Positions 1-9,165 are shown, counted from the first letter of the stretch. The stretch is 64,000 nucleotides of DNA from Rhabdothermincola salaria (GCF_021246445.1 NZ_JAJQXW010000001.1:1-64000), one strand, 5' to 3'. Notes: generated by a model not told the origin, from the letters alone. Program-made: numbers and translations.

Positions 1-2
1 TC

Positions 3-1391
3 GACGGTGACCTCGGCCCCGACGCCACCGCCGTCATCGACGCCGCCCTCACCGCCGCCGACGCCGCCCTCACCGCGGCGAGGGGCACCGACCCCGACAA
101 CGAGGCACCGTCGCGGTGGGGTTCGCAACGCCGAGCCGACGCCCTGGCGGAGGTGTGCCGCTTCTACACCGACCACACCGACTGCGAGAGCCCCCGCCGG
201 GCCCGCACCCCGCAGTTGATGGCTCTCATCGACATGCCCGACCTCTACCGGGCCGCCCTGTACGGGGCCGGCATCCACCACCCGGGCGACCTCGACCGGT
301 TCCTCACCACCCGCCGCCTCGCCGGCCAACCGGTCTCCGCGGTCGAAGAAGCGTTCCTGCGCCACGCGTTGGACCACGCCACCGGGCGGGCCACCACCAT
401 CGACGGCCACCGCCTCTCCCCAGAGGCGGTCACCACCATCTTCGGAGCCGGCACCACCCTCGAGCGGGTCATGCTCGCCGACAGCCAGGTCCTCGACCAC
501 GGCCGCCAGGTCCGATTGGCCACCGGACCGCTACGTGACGTCATGTTGGCCCGCGACGGCGGCTGCCGGTTCCCCACCCCCACCGGAGAACGCTGCGACG
601 CCCCCGTGGCGTGGATCAACGGCCACCACATCACCCACTGGAAACACGGCGGCCCCACCTCGCTTCGCAACCTGCTCGCCCTGTGCGCCAACCACCACGG
701 CGTCGTGCACCGCGACGGCTGGGACATCACCATCGACGACCACGGGACGGTCACCGTCACCCGACCCGACGGCACCACCCTCACCAGCCCACCACCCCAC
801 ACCCGACGCCCACCCCGGCTCCCCCTCCACCGAGACAGCGATCACGCCGGTCCCTACGAGGCCGCCCCCGGAACCGGCAGCACCGCCGCAAAGGACACGG
901 CCGACGACGGAGCCCCCCGCCCGAACCCCACCGACGAGAACGACGGGGACGACGAGAGCGACGAGAACCGAGCCGACCCGGGCGTCTGCGGCTACGCCCA
1001 GGCCCGACTCACCCTCACCGCCCGCCTCCCCGAAGCACAGGCCGCGGGCCGGACCCCGAACCGCACGCACCACACCGACGAGCGGGTCGTTGCTGCCGTC
1101 GGGCGGCCGCTGAGGCCGGCCGCCCGTGCCCGTCGGGACGCATCCCCTGGGCGCCACCTCGAGGACGACCCCTCGAGCAGCGGACACCTCTCCGACGCGA
1201 CCGCTGTTCGGCTCCGGAGCATCCGAGACCACGTCCAGCACCCTCCGACGAGCCGCGACGACGGCAGCGACCCGGCCCTCCACCAGCGTTGGCCGCTCGG
1301 GCGGGGTCGACGGCAGGGGAGCCGAGCCCCGGACCTGATCACCCGGACGCGCGACGGCGCCCTCGTCGCCGTCTACGTCACCGCGGCCTGA
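3..1391 (+). CDS. DUF222 / HNH endonuclease family protein (REP13E12-like), 5'-truncated by window edge
   Basis: Frame is open from base 3 (..QRRADALAEVC..). C-terminal HNH domain RDGGCRFP..C..HHITHW.HGGPT.L.NL..LC..HH..VH, then a low-complexity tail. Confidence 0.85.
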   Translation, partial: DGDLGPDATAVIDAALTAADAALTAARGTDPDNEAPSRWGSQRRADALAEVCRFYTDHTDCESPRRARTPQLMALIDMPDLYRAALYGAGIHHPGDLDRFLTTRRLAGQPVSAVEEAFLRHALDHATGRATTIDGHRLSPEAVTTIFGAGTTLERVMLADSQVLDHGRQVRLATGPLRDVMLARDGGCRFPTPTGERCDAPVAWINGHHITHWKHGGPTSLRNLLALCANHHGVVHRDGWDITIDDHGTVTVTRPDGTTLTSPPPHTRRPPRLPLHRDSDHAGPYEAAPGTGSTAAKDTADDGAPRPNPTDENDGDDESDENRADPGVCGYAQARLTLTARLPEAQAAGRTPNRTHHTDERVVAAVGRPLRPAARARRDASPGRHLEDDPSSSGHLSDATAVRLRSIRDHVQHPPTSRDDGSDPALHQRWPLGRGRRQGSRAPDLITRTRDGALVAVYVTAA

Positions 1392-1413
1392 GGGATCCTC
1401 GCCCCCGTGGCAG

Positions 1414-1440
1414 TTCGGGCACCTCGGGCACTTCGGGCAC
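1414..1440. repeat. 9-bp tandem repeat (YTCGGGCAC)x3 between convergent genes
   Basis: TTCGGGCAC CTCGGGCAC TTCGGGCAC read directly. Confidence 0.8.
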
Positions 1441-1472
1441 GTCGCCCGGCCAGGGCTACGTCCGAGCTCGGG

Positions 1473-2279
1473 CTACGAGGCGCCGGTGATCTGGGCGAAG
1501 GTGGGGCGCAGGCCGGCGAGGAAGGCGTCGGGGTCGGCGGCCTTGGTGGCCGACGTGGCCGCGTCCTTCTCGGTGGCGTAGGTGATGAGCCGGTCGTCGC
1601 CGAGGGCGGCAACCAGGGCGACGGCGACCTCCTCGGAGGTGGCGGCGGTGGCCGGGTCGACGGGGAACGGCGGGTCGTTGTCGTCCTTGGGAGTGGAGAA
1701 CTCCGACAGCGTGGTGCCCGGGATGAAGAGGTGGGCCCGCACGTCGGTGTGGGCCAGCTCCACGTGCAGCGACTCGGTGAACATCTCCAGCGCCGCCTTC
1801 GATGCCGAGTAGGCGCCCACGCCGAAGGCGGCCATGTGGACCCCCATCGACGACACGTTCAGGATCTGGCCGGCGTTGCGCTCGACCATCTGGGGGAGCA
1901 CGGCCAGCGTGAGCCGCACGGGCGAGAAGTAGTTCATGGCCATCACGCCCTCGACGTCGGCCGGGCTCATGCCCACCACGCGCCGGCGCTTGGGCACCCC
2001 GGCGTTGTTGACCAGCACGTCGATGCGGCCGCCGAGCGCCTCGGTCGCCCGGTCGGCCACCGACGCCAACCCGTCCAGGTCGGACAGGTCGGCGGCGAGC
2101 ACGGTGGAGTCGGGGGAGTGCTTGCGCACCTGCTCGAGCACCTCGGCCAGGCGCTCCTGGCGGCGGGCGACGAGGCAGACCCGGGCGCCGGCCCGCGCCA
2201 GCTCCACGGCGGCCGCGGCGCCGATGCCCGAGGAGGCACCCGTGAGCAGGACGTGCTGGCCGGTGCCGTCCCAGCTCAC
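1473..2279 (-). CDS. SDR family oxidoreductase
   Basis: TGASSGIG, NNAG, YSASK motifs; GTG start overlaps the upstream TGA (GTGA). Confidence 0.9.
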   Translation of the reverse strand: MSWDGTGQHVLLTGASSGIGAAAAVELARAGARVCLVARRQERLAEVLEQVRKHSPDSTVLAADLSDLDGLASVADRATEALGGRIDVLVNNAGVPKRRRVVGMSPADVEGVMAMNYFSPVRLTLAVLPQMVERNAGQILNVSSMGVHMAAFGVGAYSASKAALEMFTESLHVELAHTDVRAHLFIPGTTLSEFSTPKDDNDPPFPVDPATAATSEEVAVALVAALGDDRLITYATEKDAATSATKAADPDAFLAGLRPTFAQITGAS

Positions 2280-3205
2280 GACGCCGCCCTGCCGGCGCGG
2301 TCGTCGTAGACCTGCTTGATGCCCTCGCGCCACCCGACCCGGCACGGACCGGTGATGGCGAGGCGTCGGGTGTTGTCGGCCACCGAGCCCCGCAGCGTGC
2401 CGGGCTGCTCGACCACGTTGACGACCGGCTCGAAGCCACCGAGCTCACCGACGTAGGCACACCACTCCTGCACGCTGACCGGTTCGTCGCCCGCCCAGTT
2501 CACGATGGTGGCGGGCACGGTGGCGGCCTCGAGCAGCGCGGCCGTCTGTGAGTTGATGTCGTCCTGGTGGATCGGCGAGTACAGGCACGGATCCCAACGG
2601 GTGGTGACGGGATTCCCCGCCAGCAGGGCGTCGACGTGCTGGGTGGGCAGCCCCCCGTTGACGCCATACGAGGCGTTCATCCGGGCGATGGTGACGGGCA
2701 GGTCGAAGAGGCGGGCGCAGGTGCGGGCCACCGCCTCCTGGGCGATCTTGGACATGGAGTAGGTGGGCGCGTGGGCGGCGTTGACCTCGCCGAGCGGGTC
2801 GGTCTCGGGGAACACGTGCCACGGGTCGCCGTCGGCCGGCGGCCGGTAGGTGGAGTGGGTGCTCATCACCAGGGCGGCCTTGGCCTTGCGGCAGTGCGAC
2901 AGCAGCAGGCCGGTGCCCTCGGCGTTGGCGCGGAAGGCGGCGTCGAAGTCCCACCCCGGGGCCATGAGGGCGGCGAAGTGGACCACGTAGGTGAAGTCGT
3001 CGGGCAGGTCGCCGAACGATCCGTCGCCCAGGTCGCCGACGACGGTGCGCACACCGACGGCCTCCACCTTGTCCTTGGTGGTGGGGTCGCCGAAGCGGGC
3101 GATGCCCCACACCTCGTTGTCACGGGCCAGGTACTCGGCCAGCGGGAAGGCGATCTGCCCCGCTGGCCCGGTGACGAGGATCTTCTCGCCGGACAGCTCG
3201 GCCAC
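2276..3205 (-). CDS. NAD-dependent epimerase/dehydratase (extended SDR)
   Basis: KILVTGPAGQIA, YSMSK; GAGGAGG RBS. Confidence 0.88.
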   Translation of the reverse strand: MAELSGEKILVTGPAGQIAFPLAEYLARDNEVWGIARFGDPTTKDKVEAVGVRTVVGDLGDGSFGDLPDDFTYVVHFAALMAPGWDFDAAFRANAEGTGLLLSHCRKAKAALVMSTHSTYRPPADGDPWHVFPETDPLGEVNAAHAPTYSMSKIAQEAVARTCARLFDLPVTIARMNASYGVNGGLPTQHVDALLAGNPVTTRWDPCLYSPIHQDDINSQTAALLEAATVPATIVNWAGDEPVSVQEWCAYVGELGGFEPVVNVVEQPGTLRGSVADNTRRLAITGPCRVGWREGIKQVYDDRAGRAAS

Positions 3206-3214
3206 GGTGCCTCC

Positions 3215-4147
3215 TCAGCTCTTCAGCAGGTCTGGATAGGAGGTCTCGAGCAGTCGGCGGATGCCGTCGCGCCACGAGACCTGGGGCTCCCAGCCGAGCC
3301 CGAGGAGCTTGGAGGGATCGGTGGGGTTGGGCGGGATGGTGGCGGTGGTGACGTTGAAGTCGAACTCGACGCCGGTGAGACGGCTGATCTCGGCGCACCA
3401 CTCCTCGATGCTCACGATCTCCGGGCTGCACCAGTTGAAGATCGGTGCCGGCACGGCGGCCTGCTCGAGCAGGTACGGCAGCGACGACAGCAGGTCGTCG
3501 TCGTGGAGCAGGTTGTGGCTGTTGGGGGCGTCGGGGTGCACGTCGACCTTCATGCCGTGCTGGGCCATCACCAGCTGGAACGACATCCAGCCGTGGGTGG
3601 GCCCGTAGGGCACGTCGAGGCGGGCGATCACCGTGGGCACACCGAAGCGCTTCGCCGCGTACTTGGCGGCGGACTCGGCCGCGATCTTGGAGATCGAGTA
3701 CGTGGGCAGGAACCCCATGGGCCGGTGGTTGTCGCCCAGTGCCGAGGTCTCGACGTGGGGCACGTGGTCGTCGGGTTCGTAGACGGCGCACGACGAGCAG
3801 TGCAGGAAGGCCTTGACCCCCTTGACCTTCTCGATGAGGAAGGCGGTGCCCTCGGCGTTGGCGGCCAGGGCCCGGTCGAAGTCCTGGTCCTTGGACACCG
3901 CGAAGTGCAGGACCACGTCGAGGTCGTCGGGGATCTCGTCGAGGTCGTTGGTCTCGAAGTCGGCCCGCACCGGGATCACGCCGTCGGCCGCCACCTTGTC
4001 GCGGGCGGCGTCGTCGGCGAAGCGGGAGGTGCCGTACACGGTGTTGCCGGCGGCCACCAGGTTGCGGGCCAGGGGGGCGGCCACCTGGCCGGTGACGCCG
4101 GTGAGGAGGATCTTCTGCCCCTCGAGGGGCGCAGGTGTCGTGGTCAT
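3215..4147 (-). CDS. NAD-dependent epimerase/dehydratase (extended SDR), paralogue of the downstream gene
   Basis: KILLTGVTGQVA, ANAEGT, YSISK; ATG overlaps the upstream TGA. Confidence 0.88.
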   Translation of the reverse strand: MTTTPAPLEGQKILLTGVTGQVAAPLARNLVAAGNTVYGTSRFADDAARDKVAADGVIPVRADFETNDLDEIPDDLDVVLHFAVSKDQDFDRALAANAEGTAFLIEKVKGVKAFLHCSSCAVYEPDDHVPHVETSALGDNHRPMGFLPTYSISKIAAESAAKYAAKRFGVPTVIARLDVPYGPTHGWMSFQLVMAQHGMKVDVHPDAPNSHNLLHDDDLLSSLPYLLEQAAVPAPIFNWCSPEIVSIEEWCAEISRLTGVEFDFNVTTATIPPNPTDPSKLLGLGWEPQVSWRDGIRRLLETSYPDLLKS

Positions 4148-4950
4148 CGCAGTTCGTCCGTGAAGTCGTCGGTGCCGAAGTTGGTCTGTTGCCAGGGAGC
4201 GGTCCACACGTGGTGGGCCAGGCCGCTGGCCTCGATCTGCTCGCCGATGCGGGCGTAGCCCTCCTCCCAGCCCTCGGTCGAGTCGTGGTCGAGGAAGTGC
4301 AGCTGCAGGAACCGGTTGGGTCCGGCCTTCGGGCGCACGACGTCGGCGGGGGCGTCGTCGGCCAGGGGGATCACGGTGCCGCTGCCCACCAGCTCGGGGC
4401 CCCACGGCTGGGCCATGGCGTCGGGCACCCACTGCTCACGGAACCAGGCGTCGACCTCGTCGTGGGTGTGGCCCTCGGCGACGTCGCCGGCCACGACCAC
4501 CAGGCCGGGGTAGCCGTGGTCGAGCGCCAGGTCGATGGTGCAGCCCGCCGGGTCCTTCTGCTCGGACCAGCGCATCGAGTAGAGCAGCGTGTGGATGTGG
4601 TCGCGCTCGGCGTACATGCGGCCCTGGGTGTGCAGCCAGTTCACGTTGTCGACGTTCCAGCGGTTGGTCTCGTCGTCGGTGTCCTTCAGCCACCAGTAGA
4701 CGGCGAGGTACGACCCGGTGAGCGGGTCCGGGGTCATGTCGGTGTCGGCCGTGGAGCGCAGGTCCTTCAGGCGCCGGGTGGCGACGAAGCGGTCGCCGGC
4801 GAAGACGTTGGGGCCGACCAGGCAACCCGAGAAGAAGTGGTCGTGCTCGTACCAGCGGTTGTAGGCCACCTCGTGGCCCGGGTGCGGCTCGACCATGGTG
4901 AACAGGAACGTGCCGACCTTGATCGGATAGTCCTTCTCGGACTGGGCCAC
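4144..4950 (-). CDS. Conserved hypothetical protein (possible duplicated dimeric alpha/beta barrel, EthD-like)
   Basis: 268-aa ORF with typical codon bias; EPHPGHEVAYNRWYEHDH motif; AAGGGGGA RBS; first gene of a 4-gene operon. Confidence 0.75.
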   Translation of the reverse strand: MAQSEKDYPIKVGTFLFTMVEPHPGHEVAYNRWYEHDHFFSGCLVGPNVFAGDRFVATRRLKDLRSTADTDMTPDPLTGSYLAVYWWLKDTDDETNRWNVDNVNWLHTQGRMYAERDHIHTLLYSMRWSEQKDPAGCTIDLALDHGYPGLVVVAGDVAEGHTHDEVDAWFREQWVPDAMAQPWGPELVGSGTVIPLADDAPADVVRPKAGPNRFLQLHFLDHDSTEGWEEGYARIGEQIEASGLAHHVWTAPWQQTNFGTDDFTDELR

Positions 4951-4998
4951 TGCGATCCCCCTTGCGTGCGGTGTGCGGAGCCCGAACCTACACGGGCA

Positions 4999-5015
4999 TC
5001 TGACGGTCCGTCAGA
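4999..5015. promoter_or_regulatory. Palindromic operator site 1 (TCTGACGGTCCGTCAGA)
   Basis: Perfect 17-bp palindrome just upstream of minus-strand -10 TAGGTT (4985-4990) of the 4950->1473 operon. Confidence 0.8.
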
Positions 5016-5046
5016 AGTCACCCGACCGTGCCGCTCGCCGGGACGG

Positions 5047-5102
5047 GGTGTGGGCGGGTCGCGATGCTGGCGGCGCGGAGCGCCGCGGTGTGGGCGGGTC
5101 GC
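5047..5102. repeat. 16-bp direct repeat GGTGTGGGCGGGTCGC x2 (40-bp period)
   Basis: Copies at 5047-5062 and 5087-5102. Confidence 0.75.
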
Positions 5103-5215
5103 TGGCGCTCCCGTCGCCCACCTGAAGGAAGGCGTCAGCCGACTCGCAACAGGCGGAGGAGCGCAGCGACGGAGCCTCAGACTGGCCACGCGCTTCGCCG
5201 AAGGCGGCGGAGGGA

Positions 5216-5294
5216 GGCTTGCCGACCGGAGCAAGATGTCGCGGCTTGCCGACCGGAGCAAGATGTCGTGGCTTGCCGACCGGAGCAAGATGTC
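5216..5294. repeat. 27-bp tandem repeat x3 (GGCTTGCCGACCGGAGCAAGATGTCGY), each with an internal CTTGC..GCAAG hairpin
   Basis: Units start at 5216, 5243 and 5270; the third unit runs into the TGA stop of the SDR at 5293. Confidence 0.9.
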
Positions 5295-6054
5295 AGAGCC
5301 CGAGGAAGGAGCCTCCGTCGCAGACGACGGTCTGGCCGCTGACGTAGCCGGCGTCGTCGCTGCACAAGAAGGCGGCCACGCCGCCGATGTCGTCGACCGG
5401 GTCGCCGATGCGCCCGAGTGGGGTGCGGGCCTCGATGCTGCCCTTGAGGGTGGGGACCTGGTCGAAGATGTCGGTGAGGGCGGGGGTCTCGGCCACCGGT
5501 GCGATGCAGTTGACCGTGATGCCGTGTGGGCCCCACTCGCGGGCCAGGCTCTTGGCGATGGCCCGCTGGGCGCCCTTCACGGGGGAGTACAGCGGGAGGT
5601 TGGCGCTGCCCTCCACCCCCGAGGGCGAGGTGAGCATGACGAAGCGCCCGGCCGGGCTGGCGGCCAGGTGGGGGAAGGCGGCCTGAGCGCACCAGAAGCT
5701 GGCCCACACCGCGGTGTGCGAGAGCTGGAACCAGACGTCGTCGGGGGTGGACTCGAGGCGGGTGGCCACTCCGCCGGCGAAGGCGTTGTGCACCACGATG
5801 TCGAGGCGGCCGCGGCGCTCGACGGTGTCGGCCACGCAGGCCTCGACGTCGGCTCGGCGGGTGACGTCGGTGGGGAGGCACCAGGCGTCGCCCCCTGCGG
5901 CGCGGATGGACTCGGCCACGGGCTCGCCGGTGGCGGCGCGGCGGGCGGCGACCACCACGGTGGCGCCCTCGGCGGCGAGGCGGCGGGCGATGCCCTCACC
6001 GACACCCTGACCGGCTCCGGTGACGATGGCGACGCGATCGTTGAGCCGGCTCAC
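5293..6054 (-). CDS. SDR family oxidoreductase (FabG-like)
   Basis: TGAGQGVG, YSPVK, GQTVVCDGG; GTGA overlap with upstream gene and GGAGG RBS. Confidence 0.9.
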   Translation of the reverse strand: MSRLNDRVAIVTGAGQGVGEGIARRLAAEGATVVVAARRAATGEPVAESIRAAGGDAWCLPTDVTRRADVEACVADTVERRGRLDIVVHNAFAGGVATRLESTPDDVWFQLSHTAVWASFWCAQAAFPHLAASPAGRFVMLTSPSGVEGSANLPLYSPVKGAQRAIAKSLAREWGPHGITVNCIAPVAETPALTDIFDQVPTLKGSIEARTPLGRIGDPVDDIGGVAAFLCSDDAGYVSGQTVVCDGGSFLGL

Positions 6055-6671
6055 ATCCACAGCCCTCCGTCGACCACGAGGGTCTGGCCCCCGATGTGGG
6101 CAGCGGCCGGCCCGCACAGGAAGGCCAGCACCGCCACCGGATCGGCATCGGGGAGGGCCGGCTCGGCGATCGAGACCGGCCCGGCCGAGTCGGGATCGCC
6201 GAGCACCTCGTCGGGACCGACGGCCATGACGTTGGCGGTGATGCCGTCCGGACCCCACTGGCGGGCGGCCGACTTGGCCAGCAGGTGCACCCCTTCGGCG
6301 GCGGCGGCCCAGTGGGCGTGCCCGGCGCCCCCGGCCAGGGCGATGGTGGGGATCACGAACACCAGTCGTCCACCCTCGGGGCCGAACCGGGCCCGGGCGG
6401 CCACCGCGGTGGCCACGGCGTCGTCGAGCGTGCGCTGCCAGGCCTGGTGGAAGCCGGCGTCGCTGAGCTCGTGGAAGGCGACGGGGCGCACCTCGTCCGG
6501 GTCCCAGGGGGCGAAGACGGCGGCGGCCAGGCGCCCGGTGCCGTCCACGTCGGAGGCGACGTCGTTCCCGGCGGCGGCGAGGCCGTGGCGCAGGTGGTCG
6601 GCCAGCGGCCCGGCGCCCACCACGGCGACGGTGCCGTCGATGCGCGCCACGGCGGTGGTGTCGATCGGCAT
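6051..6671 (-). CDS. Degenerate SDR-fold protein lacking YxxxK
   Basis: SDR C-terminal features (KSAARQWGPDGITAN, GQTLVVDGG) but HWAAAAEG in place of YxxxK and a shortened Rossmann motif. Confidence 0.75.
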   Translation of the reverse strand: MPIDTTAVARIDGTVAVVGAGPLADHLRHGLAAAGNDVASDVDGTGRLAAAVFAPWDPDEVRPVAFHELSDAGFHQAWQRTLDDAVATAVAARARFGPEGGRLVFVIPTIALAGGAGHAHWAAAAEGVHLLAKSAARQWGPDGITANVMAVGPDEVLGDPDSAGPVSIAEPALPDADPVAVLAFLCGPAAAHIGGQTLVVDGGLWM

Positions 6672-6787
6672 CCTCGCAGTCAACCACGGCCGACGCCGGC
6701 CAGAGTCCGCGAGGTGGCGCAGGGCCCCGACGTGGGACTTCTCCGCGGATGTGTGACCGGGTTCACCATTGACTATGGTCACATCAC

Positions 6788-7963
6788 ATGGAGATCCGCT
6801 ACACCCCGGAGCAGGAGGCGTTCCGCGCCGAACTGCGTGCCTATTACGACGACCTGCTCGACGACGAGACGGTTGCCGAGCTGTCCGACAGCCACGGCAT
6901 CGGCGAAGCCACCAAGCGGGTCTGGAAGCAGATGTGCGCCGACGGGTGGGCCGGGATCGGCTGGCCCAAGGAGTGGGGCGGGCAGGGCCGCAAGGCCATC
7001 GACCAGTTCGTGTTCTTCGACGAGTCGATGCGAGCCGGCGCCCCCGTCCCGATGCTCACCATCAACACGGTCGGGCCGACCATCATGAACTTCGGCACCG
7101 ACTGGCAGCGCGAGTTCTTCGTCCCCAAGATCCTCTCGGGTGACCTGCACTTCTGCATCGGCTACTCCGAGCCCCAGGCCGGCACCGACCTCGCCGCCCT
7201 GCAGTGCCGGGCCGTGCGCGACGGCGACGAGTACGTCATCAACGGCCAGAAGATGTGGACCAGCCTGGCCGGCGGTGCCGACTACTGCTGGCTGGCGGTG
7301 CGCACCGATCCCGAGGCCAAGAAGCACAAGGGCATCTCGGTGATCATCGTTCCGATGGACACGCCGGGCATCACCATCCAGCCCCTCACCCTCATGGGCG
7401 AGCACGACATCAATGCCACGTTCTTCGACGACGTGCGGGTGCCGGCCAAGTACCTGGTGGGCGAGGAGAACGGCGGTTGGGGGCTCATCACCAACCAGCT
7501 CAACCACGAGCGCGTCACCCTGTGCGCCAGCGGCACGACCGAGCGCCACCTGGCCGACGTGCGCCGCTGGGCCCAGGACACCGAGCTGCCCGACGGCCGC
7601 CGGGTCATCGACCAGGAGTGGGTGCAGCTCAACCTGGCCCGGGTGCACGCCCGCCTCGAGTACCTCCGCCTGGCCAACTGGAAGGTGGCGTGGTCGTCCG
7701 AGCAGGGCTCCTTGCACCCGGCCGACGCCTCCAGCGTCAAGGTGTTCGGCACCGAGTTCTACATGGAGGCCTACCGGCTGCTCATGGAGGTCCTCGGACC
7801 CCGTGCCTACGTCAAGGCCGACAGCCCCGAGGCGATCATGCGCAGCCGCCTCGAATCGGGCATCCGCAGCTCGATCATCCTCACCTTCGGCGGCGGCACC
7901 AACGAGCTGCAGCGCGACCTCATCGCCATGTTCGGCCTCGGGTTCCCCCGCTCGGCCCGCTGA
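6788..7963 (+). CDS. fadE26: Acyl-CoA dehydrogenase, FadE26/ChsE4-like (steroid side-chain)
   Basis: Close resemblance to M. tuberculosis FadE26 (GAPVP.LTIN, IGYSEP.AGTDLA, NQLNHERV, WVQLNLARVHA, LTFGGGTNE); leaderless, -10 TATGGT at 6774-6779. Confidence 0.85.
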   Translation: MEIRYTPEQEAFRAELRAYYDDLLDDETVAELSDSHGIGEATKRVWKQMCADGWAGIGWPKEWGGQGRKAIDQFVFFDESMRAGAPVPMLTINTVGPTIMNFGTDWQREFFVPKILSGDLHFCIGYSEPQAGTDLAALQCRAVRDGDEYVINGQKMWTSLAGGADYCWLAVRTDPEAKKHKGISVIIVPMDTPGITIQPLTLMGEHDINATFFDDVRVPAKYLVGEENGGWGLITNQLNHERVTLCASGTTERHLADVRRWAQDTELPDGRRVIDQEWVQLNLARVHARLEYLRLANWKVAWSSEQGSLHPADASSVKVFGTEFYMEAYRLLMEVLGPRAYVKADSPEAIMRSRLESGIRSSIILTFGGGTNELQRDLIAMFGLGFPRSAR

Positions 7964-7997
7964 CCTGCCACCCGACGACGAGACGACGAAAGCCACC

Positions 7998-9059
7998 ATG
8001 GACTTCTCCTTCACCTCCGACCAGGACGAGCTGCGCGAGCTGACCCGCCGGCTCCTCACCGACCGCTGCACCCTCGAGCACCTCAAGGACGTGCGCGAGT
8101 CCGACACCGGCGTCGATCTCGCCCTCTGGCGCGAGATGGCCGAGCTGGGCCTCGTGGGCATCGGCCTGCCCGAGTCCGCCGGTGGCGGTGGCCTGGGCTT
8201 CGCCGAGGCCTGCATCGTGCTCGAAGAGGTGGGTCGGGCCGTCGCCCCGGTGCCCGCCCTGGCGGTCATGGCCATGGCGGGGCCCGTGCTCGCCGAGTAC
8301 GGCACCGCCGCCCAGCTCGAAGGTCTGGCGTCGGGTGAGCGCATCGTCTCGATCGCCGTGCACGACCTCGTGGGCGACGTCCTCGAGCCGGCCGCCACCG
8401 TCGCCGACGGCCGCATCACCGGGGTCAAGGTGTGCGCCCCGATGGGGCATGTGGCCGACGCCTTCGTCGTGTCGACCACCGACGGCCTCTACTACGTCGC
8501 CGCCGACGCCGACGGGGTCACCGTCGAGCGCCAGGACACCGTCGACGACCTCCCCGACGCCAAGGTCACCCTCGACGGCGCCCCCGGCGAGAAGCTCACC
8601 GGCCCCGAGGGGCTGGTGTGGATGGTCGAGCGGGGCCGCACCGGCCAGAGCGTGATCATGGCCGGGGTCAGCGCCCAGGCCCTCGAGATCACCTCCGAGT
8701 ACGTCAAGGAGCGGGTCCAGTTCGACCGGGTGATCGCCACCTTCCAGGCCGTCGCCCAGCGCGCCGCCGACACCCGCATCGACTCCGAGGCCATCTGGCT
8801 CACCGCCTGGCAGGCGGCCATGCGCATCGACGCCGGCCTCGACGCCTCCGAGCAGGTGTCCACCGCCAAGTTCTGGGCCGCCGACGGCGGCCAGCGCGTC
8901 GTGCATGCCGCCACCCACCTCCACGGCGGGGTCGGCGTCGATCGCGACTACCCGCTGCACCGCTACTACCTGTGGACCAAGCACCAGGAGCTCTTCCTCG
9001 GCGGCGCCACCCCGAACCTGCTCAGGCTCGGCCAGCTGCTCGCCGACACGCCGGCCTAG
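7998..9059 (+). CDS. fadE27: Acyl-CoA dehydrogenase, FadE27/ChsE5-like partner subunit
   Basis: MDFSFT..Q start, R.QF...I..FQAV, HLHGGVGVD.DYPLHRY; follows the fadE26-like gene as in the alpha2beta2 ChsE4-ChsE5 pair. Confidence 0.8.
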   Translation: MDFSFTSDQDELRELTRRLLTDRCTLEHLKDVRESDTGVDLALWREMAELGLVGIGLPESAGGGGLGFAEACIVLEEVGRAVAPVPALAVMAMAGPVLAEYGTAAQLEGLASGERIVSIAVHDLVGDVLEPAATVADGRITGVKVCAPMGHVADAFVVSTTDGLYYVAADADGVTVERQDTVDDLPDAKVTLDGAPGEKLTGPEGLVWMVERGRTGQSVIMAGVSAQALEITSEYVKERVQFDRVIATFQAVAQRAADTRIDSEAIWLTAWQAAMRIDAGLDASEQVSTAKFWAADGGQRVVHAATHLHGGVGVDRDYPLHRYYLWTKHQELFLGGATPNLLRLGQLLADTPA

Positions 9060-9069
9060 GCCGGCGCCG

Positions 9070-9165
9070 ACCGGGTCCCGCCGTCGGGGGGTGGCGGGAC
9101 CCGGTACGTGATCACCGGAGGGGGAATCCAGGACGACCCCGGGCCACTGGCCCGGGGTCGTCCTG
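9070..9165. terminator. Two strong hairpins between convergent genes (13-bp arms 9070-9105; 18-bp perfect arms 9129-9165)
   Basis: ACCGGGTCCCGCC..GGCGGGACCCGGT and CAGGACGACCCCGGGCCA-C-TGGCCCGGGGTCGTCCTG. Confidence 0.7.

Noticed and set aside
5216..5294. 27-bp repeats as a CRISPR array or as KstR2 boxes (AGCAAG..CTTGC)
   Set aside because: Units are contiguous with no spacers and no cas genes are present; the CAAG-CTTG half-site spacing is 9 nt, not the 2 nt of KstR2.
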